DNA of 64,000 bases from Azolla caroliniana (lineage: Eukaryota > Plantae > Polypodiophyta): contig JBHGNT010000021.1 in NCBI GenBank assembly GCA_043228905.1, positions 806,001 to 870,000 on the forward strand, read 5' to 3'. The translations under genes were made by a program, and so were the position numbers. Positions 38,007-50,344 of this stretch are shown here, piece after piece. The notes under the pieces were generated by a model. It ran no database searches, had not been told where the DNA came from, and saw only the letters and a program-made list of their open reading frames with translations. Each line of letters begins with the position of its first letter. Positions within the stretch are counted from its first letter, which is position 1.

Positions 38007-38258
38007 ACATTAAGATACAAATAGTGTGTCTGTCCCTGTGCTCTACATGTGATGAATGCCTTCGATTTATCATCGTTTAGGGTTTAGGGTTATTTTGCTT
38101 CTCAAGTAGTAATAGGCAAAAGTTTGCAACATTGTTTGGGAACGATGTTTTGTCTCAACATTAAGATACAAGAGGTAAGGTGTCATTGTGCTCCACATGT
38201 GATGAATGCCATCACCTTGTCATTATTTAAGGTTTAGAATCATTTTGCTTTTCAAGTA
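38007..38258. repeat. Diverged duplication (~152-bp period)
   Basis: acattaagatacaa...tgtc..tgtgctc.acatgtgatgaatgcc...ttta.ggtttag...attttgctt.tcaagta occurs at 38007 and 38158. Confidence 0.85.
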
Positions 38259-40733
38259 ATCTCCTTTCAAATGTGTGTAGCACTATCTCCTTTCAAATGA
38301 GAACATTCTTGGCTCTATATCATTTGTTTCCCTTTGTATTGGATCAATGAAACAAAGGGCACAAATTCAAATTTGAGCAACTTATATCTTGATGTTGTTT
38401 ATGATGCAATCAAATTCATAAGCAAAACCTATTGTAAATGAAAATGTAATCTCCTTAATAAGTCAAGGCATCATCATGTCCACTTTCCTCTTGAGGATTA
38501 TCATTGTGAATTGAGAAGGAAAAGGACAAGAAATAGCAATATGAAATCATTCGTATTAATAGACTTCTATCAATTTGCGCAATTGTGTTTGTGCAGTTTC
38601 AAGTCGACCTACTTGTATGGTGCACTAAATATCTCATTATTTGTCAATATCCAACTTACTTGGGAACTTTATCAAATCATGCATGTAGTTCAAAGTAGAT
38701 AGCTAGTACAAGTCTGAGAATAAAGATGTGGTTTGCCATCATTACAATCTTAATGTAATTATAGTTCGTAATTCAAACTGTAATATTGAAGTAATTTAAT
38801 GCATGATTGAAGTTTCATGAGGCAACAAGATTTCTTCTTTGTTCTTTATTTCGTGCTATCTAGTTCAATCAAAGGTTGGATGATTCTATTGAGGGCCTAT
38901 ATTTCTTTCCATTTTATTTCTCATTATTTTTGGAGCATAAAAATAGTGCCGTCGTAATCCATTCTTCTTCATGTGTTGATTTGAGGTCACCAGGTTAACG
39001 ATAGAGAATGATATCATATGTGGAACAATGAAATGACGAACAAAGTCAAATCACGTTCATGTTTTCATAAGTTAATAAAATGTTTGAGAATCTCACTAAA
39101 GAGAGAAATGTATGTAGGGATAGTTCATCTCCAAAATATTGAACCTTCTAGCTCTTGATGCACATGTTGTGACATGTCATAGTTACAACATTATTGGGCT
39201 TACCTTTACTAATATTAAATATGTTGGCAAAAATGTTAAATCATTCATGCACATAAGAGAGAGAGAGAGACATACATATAAACACACACAAAACAACAAG
39301 AGAGATTTAAACCCTTGTGCTCACTTAGTAAACATAATCTTTTAACACTAAAGACTAGTCAATCACTAGTTTTGTGTGAAGATCCCAAAGACCAATGATA
39401 TGTCAAAGATCGAAAAAACATGCTTTGATTTCATTAGGAACACTGTGTTTGTATTCAACAATTTCATTGCTTCAAAATGAAGATGAAAACATATCCTCAT
39501 TGCATCACAAGCAATGCTTATACAAGTGTGAATAGGCATACTTTCTATTCAATAATAACAATGTCTTCTTAGTTGACAATTTTATCTCAAGAATGGACTT
39601 GTAAGAGGGAGTGTTGTTGAAATTTTGAATGGTATGAACTTCAACATGACATCATGTTTGAGTTATTATAGACTCAATCACCCTAGCTAAGTAGTGAAGA
39701 GTAGGCTGAATGTAAGTAAATCACCTTTCTACCATCAATGATTACAAGTTAAATTTTGATTATATCCAAATCAGGAGCAAATGAACGTTTGCACTGATAC
39801 AAGATGTGATGAGGATCGTGCACCAAATTGAGCATTATGAACCACTCATGGCCACATAATACATGCGAGAATGTGTTTGCATTGATCAAAGCCTTGTCAA
39901 ATTGCAAGGTTTGATTGCATCCATGCAAACATTGGGCATTACATTGTTAATGATGTCATGCCTAATCCACTTTTTTAAAGGGACACATCAATTTTGATAA
40001 TTGGGATGAATGTCATTATATCTTTTGTTTATGAGAGGCTGATCGTATCTTTGTGCAAGTGTAATATTAGCCCACATTTGGAAAATTGTTGAATGGCATA
40101 GATCATAAACACTTGTGTCCATAGATGAGGTGGGAATATTCCATATATTTTTTCAAAAGAGATACAAATGCAAAGTGTAACCCCAAAAACAAAGGAAGAG
40201 GTGTGGTCACAAAAAGAAAATTGGTAAAGTACGCCTTTGTCTTTTTATATACCTCAATCAATGTAAAATCATGTTTTCTAAGTTCATCTAAGTTCAAACA
40301 AATGGCGGGAAATCAATGTATCCAAAAGATGAAATAAAAAAGAGGGATGGAGATGGCTAGAGTACACGCCTTTTTGAAACAAAATGACAATATCAAATAG
40401 ATGACGCTACACCTAAAGACTATCGAAGGAGCAATGTTGAGTGAAACAAATTTCTCTAGGAAACTTAGTGTAGGTGCTTGTCGTTTTGTAACTCACTCTG
40501 ATCAGTATGATTCATAGTTGGAACGAACACTCCATAAGAATTATTTTATTGTAAAATATCCAAATGCTCAAAATTTAAAGCTTTTTGGATGATCAAGGAA
40601 TGCGCAAGTGCTTCCTTGCACTCCATACAAGACAAACTTTGGTGATCGAAGTGTTTCACACTCGATCAGTGATGATTGCTCATGACCAAAATGCTCGGAG
40701 TCCATTCTATCTTGGGCAAAGTTCATTATTCAT

Positions 40734-40833
<100 letters not shown>

Positions 40834-41024
40834 CATACTCCATGAACCCTGGACAAAGGTCACGATTCAAGGTCAAGAATGTTTAGAGTCCATCTATGTC
40901 GCACAAAGTTCATCGTTCGTGCATGCGGTCCATCGGAGGCGAAACCTGTGATTCGGGGTTAGAGGAGGACACTGAGTAACAAGGGGATTAAATGTATGTA
41001 GTAAGTATACTTATTGTATTAGCC

Positions 41025-41075
41025 TGCTATTGCCATGAAGAATCTTCATACACATGAGAAACTACCATACATACA

Positions 41076-41108
<33 letters not shown>

Positions 41109-41320
41109 GTATCAATATGTATATACTTCAAGAGGGTGTATGAAGAAGGAGATTTGTTGCCCTTACCTTGCTATTGCCATGTCTTCATATAGATGAGAAC
41201 CTACCATACATGTATATGCTTCAGAGGATGTATGAAGAGGGAGATTTGTTGCCCTTACATGTCTGAAGTGTCTATACTTCAGAGGGTGTATGCAGAGGGC
41301 GATTTGTTGCACTTACCTTG
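41025..41320. repeat. Tandem repeats with an embedded (TACA)n in the leader of the APLF-like gene
   Basis: tata(c/g)cttca(a)gagg.tgtatg.aga.gg.gatttgttgc.cttac occurs three times (~41120, 41213, 41273). gctattgccatg..tcttcata.a.atgagaa.ctaccatacat occurs twice (41026, 41171). Confidence 0.85.
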
Positions 41321-41416
41321 ACGTTGCTCTGAAAGAAGCAACTCGTAGAAATCAAGGTATGTAACATAGTGGTTCTTCTCCTTCTCCTTCTTCCCTTTTC
41401 TTTTGTTGGTTAAGAG

Positions 41417-43354
41417 ATGGAGCTAGTGGCAGAAGATGGTGGTGTTGTGGTCTTCATCCCAGAGGAGTGCAAGAAAGAATTGGGAAGAAGATATGGGAAT
41501 GGAATTGCGAAGAAGAAGAAGGAGAAGGAGAAAGGAGATGGTGGTGAGGATCGAAGTGTTTCCAAACACCATGTATTGCTCCAACTAGAAAAGCTGCGGA
41601 GCAACCAAGATCTAGCTGAGAATGATAAAGAGCTTTTGGTGAAGGTCCAAGGTGAAAACCCTGTATGCATCATCCCTACACGTCAGAACAACAGTGACAA
41701 TGGCATGATTTTGCTCCGAAAAGGGGAAATGCTTAAATTAGGACCGGGAGATAAAATCTCGTTGTCACTAGTGCACCCATTGTTCTTAACTGTTCGGAGA
41801 GGATCACAGGGTATTGTAGAACCTAACCCTAGATTCAAAGAGAAACTTATGGTAGATGATGATGAGCTGCATACAAAAGGTGGCGGTGACAAAGAAGATC
41901 GATTGAACCATGACTTGCTGCGTGAATGCAGAAGTCAGACTCAAGAGGATGAGACCGAGTATGGTCAGAATTCCAAATTTGATCATGATTGGAGCATTCT
42001 GAAACACGGAGAGGAGGCCAGGGGTTCCAAGAGGGATCCAACTGGTGATGATGATGAGGAAGAAGCTCTAGCTCGGGCGATAGCACGGAGGAAAAAGAGA
42101 GGATACGAACGACAAGAGAAACAAGAAGAGAAATCTCAATCCGATTTGCATATGCTGCGGTTAAGAGGAACAGGGGAATTGTCAGCTCTTAATGATGAAT
42201 TCCACGATGAACCTCAAGAATCAGATTACAACCCAATTACTGTAGAGAACATCGATCCTGTAAAAGGTAGGCTCATAAGTTATTTTGCTTAAGTATGGAT
42301 TGTATTGATCAAAGTTCCGAAAACATTCAAACCTTTTGCATCACATACAGTCTGATAGGCTATGACATGTTTATAAAGTAGGCATATAATCAAAAAACTA
42401 AAAAGTAAGATTCAGATTTTTTGCCACAAGGGAGGGCATTAATCAAAGCTCCAAAAGGTCTCAAATTTACTGTACATGGTCTGATACGCAGAAGCATAAA
42501 GTGGAAATTTCATATGTTTTTGGAAATTAGTCCATATTAATCATGTGATATCTGAAGCTAAGCATTTAATTAACAATTTCTTCTTAAACTTCTTAGTGAT
42601 ACGTGCAATGTCTTCTTTTAGAGTTTGGGTTTCTGGTGGAAGGTTCAGAATTCAAACAATATAAGAAAAAGTTGAGTGCAAGGAACATGTGGATTGCACC
42701 CATGCAAAAGATGTTTACTAGGGAGGAAAATGAAGAAGACAACAGTGATGATAATGATGATGATGAGGAGGAGGAAAATAACCTTTGGAGGCAGTATACA
42801 TCTAGTAGGAAAAAGATTAAACATGAACAAGATGATGAATGGACAGGAGAAGATCAAGATGAAAAGACAGTTATTTTGAATGTTAAGAAGTCCAAGTGGG
42901 GCACAAAACAGAATCTCCGGTCACATGAACTGGCTTCATCAAAGAAATCGGTTGCTCATGTTGATGTGGATGATGACAAGACTTTAGGTGGCTTTATTGT
43001 TGATGAGGATGAAGACAAAGAAGAAGCGTCAGATGATAAAGAAGAAGAGGAGGAAGAGGAGGAAGAAGAAGAAGAAGAAGAAGAAACAGAAGAAGAATTG
43101 TCTGAAGATGAAGAGAATGGTGAAGAAGATGAAGATGACGACATCAAGCAGGAGGATAAGAAGAAGAAAATCAAGCAAAAGGATCAAGAAAAGCCATTAT
43201 GCAAATTTGGAACAAGTTGCTATAGGTAATCCCTAAAGAACTCAACTTTTTCTTTTTGTGTGATCATGCATGGATTAAAGAGATTTTGTTTTCTGATCTG
43301 AAATGTTCTTTTACCAGGAAAAACAAGGAACATTTGACACATTACCAACATTGA
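41417..43354 (+). CDS. APLF: APLF-like protein: N-terminal PNKP/aprataxin-type FHA domain, long acidic tracts and a C-terminal PBZ (PAR-binding) zinc finger; ~496 aa
   Basis: Exons 41417-42266, 42622-43225 and 43318-43354 (1491 nt, in frame). FHA-like signature ELGR...DRSVSKHHVLL...VKVQGENPVCI...LKLGPGDKISL. The spliced C-terminus KPLCKFGTSCYR|KNKEHLTHYQH* matches the PBZ consensus [K/R]xxCx[F/Y]GxxCxbbxxxHxxx[F/Y]xH. D/E runs lie at ~42730-42780 and 43000-43142. Confidence 0.82.
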
Positions 43355-43959
43355 GGACTATGTATTGAAAAACTCATGTGTTTTATGATCACAAAATTTG
43401 TACCTCAATCAGATTTAGGTTTGCGAGGTACATGTGAATAGTCTTCTTTTGCAAGTGTTAAAACGTCCTAAATTTGACATGTTACATCTGTAAATGTCTC
43501 AGTGTTGTGACTAATATGCAAGGCTCATAAAATAAATGATTGGGGCACTGTTGTTGCAATCCACTCTTCGTTTGTATAGGCTAAGGATTCATATACATAG
43601 AACCACGAGGCATCATTTGTATCAAGGGCAGGATTCACCAGTCATGGGAATGTGTAGTTGCTGGAGAACAAAATAAAAATTGTTATTTATTTTGTTTATA
43701 GCCCACACAGGTACTCTCTGCTTCAACACAAATTGACATGGAGAAAAAAACGCCATGTAATGAGATTTGAAACCACCTCAATGGTTAACCTGCATGTGTC
43801 AGCTTTTTTCTTGGGCTCATCAACAGTCAAGCTTGTGTGCAAAATTGAGGATTTGGTAGCATTTTTCACCATATTTCAAGATAGAAACACACACTGAGAG
43901 AAAACATAGCCATCTTCAACAAAGACTCACAAAGAAAGATAGATAGAAACATGAGAGTC

Positions 43960-44580
43960 AATAAACATGACTCCACAATGCTCATGGGTTTTGGAATATT
44001 CTTCCTAATTATGAATAGATCAGTTGTTTTCGTCCTTGAATATTCATTCGCAAAATCATATTTATCAGGTTATGATTATTGTAATATAGAAGATTAATCA
44101 ACTTACCCAATTCTCCATTGCATCAGGGGTAACCCTCTTTCATCCCAACTATGGATTTGTTCAAGACAAAACAACCCATCATAAACAATCATCCATGGTT
44201 ATTTATGATGATCTTTCTCAACAAGCACAAGCTTATTGACAAATCTGTCTATATTGTTAAGAAGACCACCTGGAGAAAAGCAATTAAATGATTGTTTTTC
44301 ATTTACATTATTGTCTTTTGGAAGAGTGACTAAATCAAGTCTCCAAATTAAGTGAAGGCAGTATTGCAATTCTATCCATTGTTGTGGAAATGTTTGAACC
44401 TCTCTCTACTTCTTGATTTGATAAGTGATACGACATTGTATTATACATGGTGCACTTGCATGTTTCAAAGCGTGTGTGCAAATAGTCTTTACATATGCAT
44501 AAAGCCTAAATAAAGGTTCCCTAGAGAAGTTAAGTTACCATATGGATATTTTGTTCCTAAACTTGTTCCATATTGGATGA
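43960..44580 (+). mobile_element. Very degenerate LINE reverse-transcriptase fragment
   Basis: Weak RT-like motifs in the expected order on +: MGF (~43984), IRGNPLS (~44122-44143, resembling GIRQGDPLSP) and IYDDL (~44200-44215, resembling YADD). No intact ORF. Confidence 0.35.
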
Positions 44581-45568
44581 GGGTAGAGTGTGGGTGTATA
44601 TGTGAGAATTTTAATGATTATAAAAACTATTATGATTGAGTATAAAGCCCAAATTATGTTGCTTAAAAAAGGTGATTCATATGAATAATATCACTTCCAT
44701 GACAACCACATAAGTGATATACTATTCTTGCTTCATGTAAGGTAGACTTTCTAGCAACCATAGAAACCAAAATGCGATCTGCCCATGGAGAGGACTGAAC
44801 TTGGATTAACACAAAAAAACTTAGCAAAAAGACCAAAATGACATAGGAGGGAAAAGATATAATCGTAAAATGACTTGGTTTCAATGGTGGAAAAAGAGTT
44901 AAAGAATAGGAAATCACAACAAAATTGACCAAGAGACAAAGGTATTGTCATAGAATTGGCAACAATCACACAACCACACAACCACATGTATATATGAACA
45001 TAATATAAAAGATAAGAGGTGTGCGCATGATTATATACAATTGATGTAGCAAATCATGCCCTTAGATAAATAGAGAAAGGCATTGTATGTGTGGGCACGA
45101 TGATGTAGGGTCAATGCAGCGAGAATATGGATAGATATGTATACATAAGGGATACATGAGAAGGGTGGGACAAGAAGAACTTAAAACTATGCGCACGGAC
45201 ACGGATGTGGGTGTGCGTGCATGCTTGCTACCAATGGAATAGAATGGAATGAAGGAAAGAATTACAGATGTTTAGCTAGTCATTTATATTATTATTATTA
45301 TGATGTACAAGCACCTGGATCTTTATTGAAAGTAAATGGAGGAGCAATAAGAATGAGATATATGAAGTCATTATAGTGGCCAAAGCAAGGTTATCCAACA
45401 ATTTCTTGATGATGCAAAACAGAAAGAGAATGTTATATAATAAAGGGTTAAAAAATGGGAAGAAAAGGAAAAGGAAATGACATGATCTTTCTTTTCTTTC
45501 CAAAGAAGGAATGATAGAAAAACTATCTATCGATTGGTTTGATTTGGATTTGGATGCATATAAGATAT

Positions 45569-45619
<51 letters not shown>

Positions 45620-45643
45620 GACACACACATAATTATATTACTC

Positions 45644-48600
45644 ATGGACCCGATCATCAACAGAATTAGGGTTTTGGTTTGGGTTTCAGTATTAGGAATT
45701 GGATTTGGGTTCTCAGAATTAAGGTCAGGGCCTTGGTTCTTATTTCCAGAATTAGGGATAAGGTTTTCAGCATTATCGAATTTGCAAAATGTCACAAGCT
45801 TCCTTTTTTCTCGTCATTTTTGGGTTCATGTAAGCATATTCTACTTCATTATTGTTCTTCCTTTTTAAAATATCTGTTCACAAAATATTGCTTTTCTTCC
45901 AAGAATGCGTGTAATTGCATCAGTTTCCCTGACTCAATCGTCAAATTGTGAATGTTTCTAAGCAATTCCTTGCATAGCTTTTTGTATGAAACCCTAGCTT
46001 AAACGAAAAGAATGCTCTGCTCTTGCATTTGTGCTTTCCTTTGACTTTGTGACTATTAATCCTTCGTTTTTTTAAATGAAACTCTTGTATGTGGTTGTAT
46101 GCTTTCTCTTTTGATTATGAAACTCTTGATTAAACGATTGCTCTGCCCTTGCATTCGTACTTTAAATTGTCGTTTAATTATGAAACCCTAGCATTAAAGA
46201 ATGCTCTTCTCTTGCATTTGAACTTCAATTCAAATTATGTTTTTAGTAAATGCTAGCTTAAATGAATTCTACATTCTTGCATTTGTAGTTTGATTAGCGT
46301 GATAATAATTTGGCTTGTAAGCATAAAAGTACAGCCCATTTGTTTAGGGCAAAAATGAAACTTACAGAAATACCTATTAACAGTTACTATAGATAATTAG
46401 TCTAAGTTATTATCTCTTCAAAATCGCTGCCTCTTTCTTGGGGAGTCAATCAAATCCTCCTTTATTTTCTCTCTCTTTAGATTCATCAGAAAACATTTGA
46501 GTGTTTATATTCAAATTTGAAACTTCATGATTGAACACAATAAAGTTTTTTAAACCTTACCATGGGCTTCAAATATTTTTACTTTAGTATGTCATGTTAA
46601 GTATATGCTCACTTACTGACGTACGTATATATTATTTTAGTGTTATGTGTTCTTAGTTTCAATTCTCTTCAATTTCTGACTTTTGTTTTCCCCTCGTATT
46701 TTCCTGGATTAGCTGTCTATATGTACAGTCCCTACCTCAAATTTTTTGAACTTTTTTGTTTTTGAGTAGTTTCTGCATCCTTGCAAATGCACACACCAGC
46801 CAACTCCAAGCTTCTTCTGCCACTCCCCCAAGAGGTTGGAATTCGTATGATTCATACTCATGGGTTATTTCAGAAGAGGAGTTTCTCCAGAATGCAGAGC
46901 TCGTAGCCCAAAAGCTTCTACCATTTGGCTATGAGGTGAGAAACCATGATATATATATATATAAAATACATTAATGCATAGGCTCACAAGTAATAATAAT
47001 GCATATACACATATTTTGAAACATTTTCGTGCACACATCATCTGTGTTCAACACAACATCCCAGTAAGTGCAATTCTATAATATCACTCTTACGTTTTTC
47101 CATATGTCTCCTCTTTATTGCATTTGCATTATACAAGGTCTCATATATATGACTAAACTAAAATTTCCCGGTGTTATTCAACTCGTCAAAAGATTGCAAC
47201 AATACCTCAGCTCTTTTGCATACGTCTCCTGATAATTTTCCTGAATGTATTACATGGATACATCTAACTGCTTTCAATGCACCAGTATGTTGTTGTGGAC
47301 TTCCTCTGGTATAGGAAAAAGGAAGACGGGGCATCGGTCACAGCGAGTGGGTATGATGTAATCGATGAATGGGGCAGACCAATTCCTGACCCTGTCAGAT
47401 GGCCTTCGTCCACTGGTGGCAATGGATTCAAACCTATAGCTGATCAAGTCCATTCCATGGGCCTCAAATTTGGCATACATGTCATGAGAGGGATAAGTAC
47501 ACAAGCTGTCTTAGAAAACACGCCCATCTTTGGAATACTGGTAATGACACATTCCCTGAGAATTTTCACACACTATCAGTCAGACTATGGAGCAAAAGTT
47601 AAAATTTCATTTTTCTATTCCACATCAGAATCAAACATGGAGAGCAAGAGATATAGCCCTAGAAAGCCAGCGCTGCTCTTGGATGCCGCAATGCTTCATG
47701 AGTGTTGATGAGGTTACTGAAGGGGGAAAAGCTTTTATACAGTCTCTATATGATCTATATGCATCATGGGGGGTTGACTTTGGTATGTCTTCTGAGTTCT
47801 CTGATCATGCTTATGCTAATGCATCTATTGCCTAGACTGCTTAATAGACAAAAATTCTCGTAGTTAATCCTTTTGGGTGACTACAGTGAAACATGATTGT
47901 GTATTTGGAGTCAATGACCTCAGGGTCGAGGAGATCAAAACTGTATCTCAGGTCTCGTGACAGTGCAACAATGTATAATATGCATATACATGTAGATGCC
48001 ATTTTCTATATTAAATTTAACTGTTTATTTATTGCTAAATGATACAGGCTATAATAGCAACAGGACGGCCTATGCTTTATTCTATCTCACCTGGTGTTCA
48101 AGCAAATCCATCCATGGCCTCCCTCACATATGGTCTAGTGAACATGTACAGAATCACAGGTGATGATTGGGACTCATGGAATGATTTGCGCTCCCATTTT
48201 GATGTTGCAAGGTGTGGTAACTTTCTCCATATTCAAACAATTTTTGTCCTCTTTAAAAGAGAAAAACTGTTTACATTCTGTCATGGAACCACCAGGAGCA
48301 CATGAGACATTTGAAAGATTGGTGCCTTTCAAAATGAGTATGAAATATTCTCCAACAAAGACTTTTTATGTACTGTTAGGGACTTTGCTGCTGCAGGCTT
48401 CATAGGTGCAACAAGTTTGCTTGGGTTTTCATGGCCAGACTTGGATATGCTTCCCATAGGGTATCTCACAGATCCAGGTTTCTTCCAGCTCACGTCCGTA
48501 TCATAAATGTTCTTATTGATAGAAATTGTGTCAGGCTCTAGACTAAAGGTTTTCATACAGGTGCAAATCATGGCCCAAACAGACTCTCATTTCTTAACCC

Positions 48601-50344
48601 TGATGAGCAGAGAACTCAGGTGCGCTAAGCTAGTATATTTGTTATAAACCTTTATGTTACATATCATTACAAAATGATGAACCCAATCTGAGCAGCTGAC
48701 TCTTTGGGCGATGGCAAAATCTCCTCTAATGTTTGGAGGAGATATGATCAATTTAGATAATGTGACTCTCAACTTAATCACCAACCCAGTCGTCCTTGAA
48801 ATCAATGCAAACAGTTTGGATAACATGGAGGTAAGGCATAGATATTAAATATATACATATATATTATATTACATTACGTCATATATATAATGAACACGGT
48901 TAACTTTTTTTCTGTAACAATGACATGTCAGGTAGAGGTACCAAATTTAAGAAGAAATTTGGTTCCATTTGTGGAACTTCTCGATTGTAAAATCGCAGAA
49001 GAAACCATGTGGAGATTGGAACATAGTGCTTCATCAGAGAAGAGGAGCAAGCTATGTTGGACACATGCACAAGTAGATGGATGTGTACATTGGAAACCAC
49101 TGCCTATGCTTTCTCAGTAATGTGTCTTTCTGCAATTAGATAAATGTATTATCTGACGGATGTCATTATTGGAAACCATTATCTACAACTTCCTCAGCAA
49201 TGTGTTTCTTTATGATTTAGTATATCGCATATGTTTTGTAAGACTCGAAAAAAAAAATCATTAATTGTGGACATGTGGTTCTTCTATATAGGTATTTTGT
49301 AAAACCAGCATTGAGTCTATACACAAAGGTTTCCGGCCAGGCATTAGTTTATGAGAATGGGCAAAAAAGCTGCATGGATGCTGGAGCGAATGCGGCTTAT
49401 AGGTTTTCTCAATGTTTGGAGCATAGGAATCAGGTTTTTCCTCTTGAAGTCTATTTACCAACAGTTGAAAGACACATGGATCTGGGTTATATGAGTGAAA
49501 TGTTTTTGCTCAGCTCTTTGATCATACCAACAGTTGAAAGACTCATGGATCTGGGTTATATGAGTGAAATGTTTTTGCTCAGCTCTTTGATCAATGTATT
49601 CTGACAGATTTGGCACGTAAGATCTGATGGAAAGCTTGTGAGTGATGCAACCAGACTTTGTGCTGTTGTGGATGGAGTGAAATCCATGTATAATACAACT
49701 GGTAGGATGTGAGGCCAAATCTCAAACAAGCCATTTTCTTTTATCACTGGCAGAAGTATTTATTTCCTAATCTATTACTCAAAAAGCTTCTACTATATGG
49801 AATGCAGAGCCCAGAGAAAGCATCAATATCCGAGTCTGGAGGGCACGTGGACAACAAGGTATTGAAGTTTGTTAAAAATGCTTTTCTCCTATAATTATGA
49901 TTGTCGTAAAACATATACATACTTGTAGGAGGGTTCCATAAAAGATATAAAAACTTCCAATCATCGATTAATACTTAGCACCAAATCCTTAATGGTATTA
50001 TTTGCTGAGTTGCTAATTATCATGAAAGATTGACCACCTATATGGTTTGAAAAGTGTTCCTCTTTGTATGTGAGTCAGGAGAGTTCTATATTGCCATATT
50101 TAACCTTGGAGAGCAATTTGTTGATATTGATTTGCCCCTGGCTGAAATTATGCCCGAGAGGAAGCAAGAAGGAAGTGAGGAAGTCATCGGAATGGGAAAC
50201 ATCATTGCGACAACTAGTTTCAGTTATCATTGTAGCGGTCATGAAGTTTGGAGCAATGAAGAGACTGCAATATTGGGTGATAGCTTGCCTTCAAGAATAC
50301 CTCCTCATGGGTGTCATCTCTTCTCGTTGAGGTGTAAATTTTGA
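45644..50344 (+). CDS. Glycoside hydrolase family 27 (alpha-galactosidase / beta-L-arabinopyranosidase, At3g26380/APSE-like) with a ricin-B-like segment; secreted
   Basis: Proposed exons: 45644-45723 (signal peptide, less certain), 46770-46935, 47286-47540, 47629-47782, 47887-47951, 48048-48211, 48380-48477, 48561-48619, 48696-48830, 48932-49116, 49292-49433, 49608-49701, 49808-49858 and 50079-50344. GH27 motifs TPPRGWNSY, YVVVDFLW, GLKFGIHVMRG, WGVDFVKHDC (nucleophile), MYRITGDDWDSW (acid/base), WPDLDMLP and LWAMAKSPLMFGGD. Confidence 0.93.
45930..46290. repeat. Degenerate ~65-bp tandem repeat (~5 copies) in GH27 intron 1, carrying telo-box-like AAACCCTA
   Basis: tatgaaac(c/t)ct(a/t)g..ttaaa.ga.tgctct..(t/c)cttgcatt.g occurs at ~45985, 46076, 46116, 46180 and 46248. 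Confidence 0.7.
49456..49593. repeat. Near-perfect 2 x 69-bp tandem duplication filling most of a GH27 intron
   Basis: taccaacagttgaaagac(a/t)catggatctgggttatatgagtgaaatgtttttgctcagctctttgatca occurs at 49456 and 49525 with one mismatch. Confidence 0.97.

Noticed and set aside
39360-39620. Possible Copia RNase H/PPT remnants (aagagggagtgttg; similar purine tracts at ~6751 and ~25351)
   Set aside because: Only a polypurine-tract-like motif and very weak peptide similarity; no LTR pair or clear domain could be established by eye.
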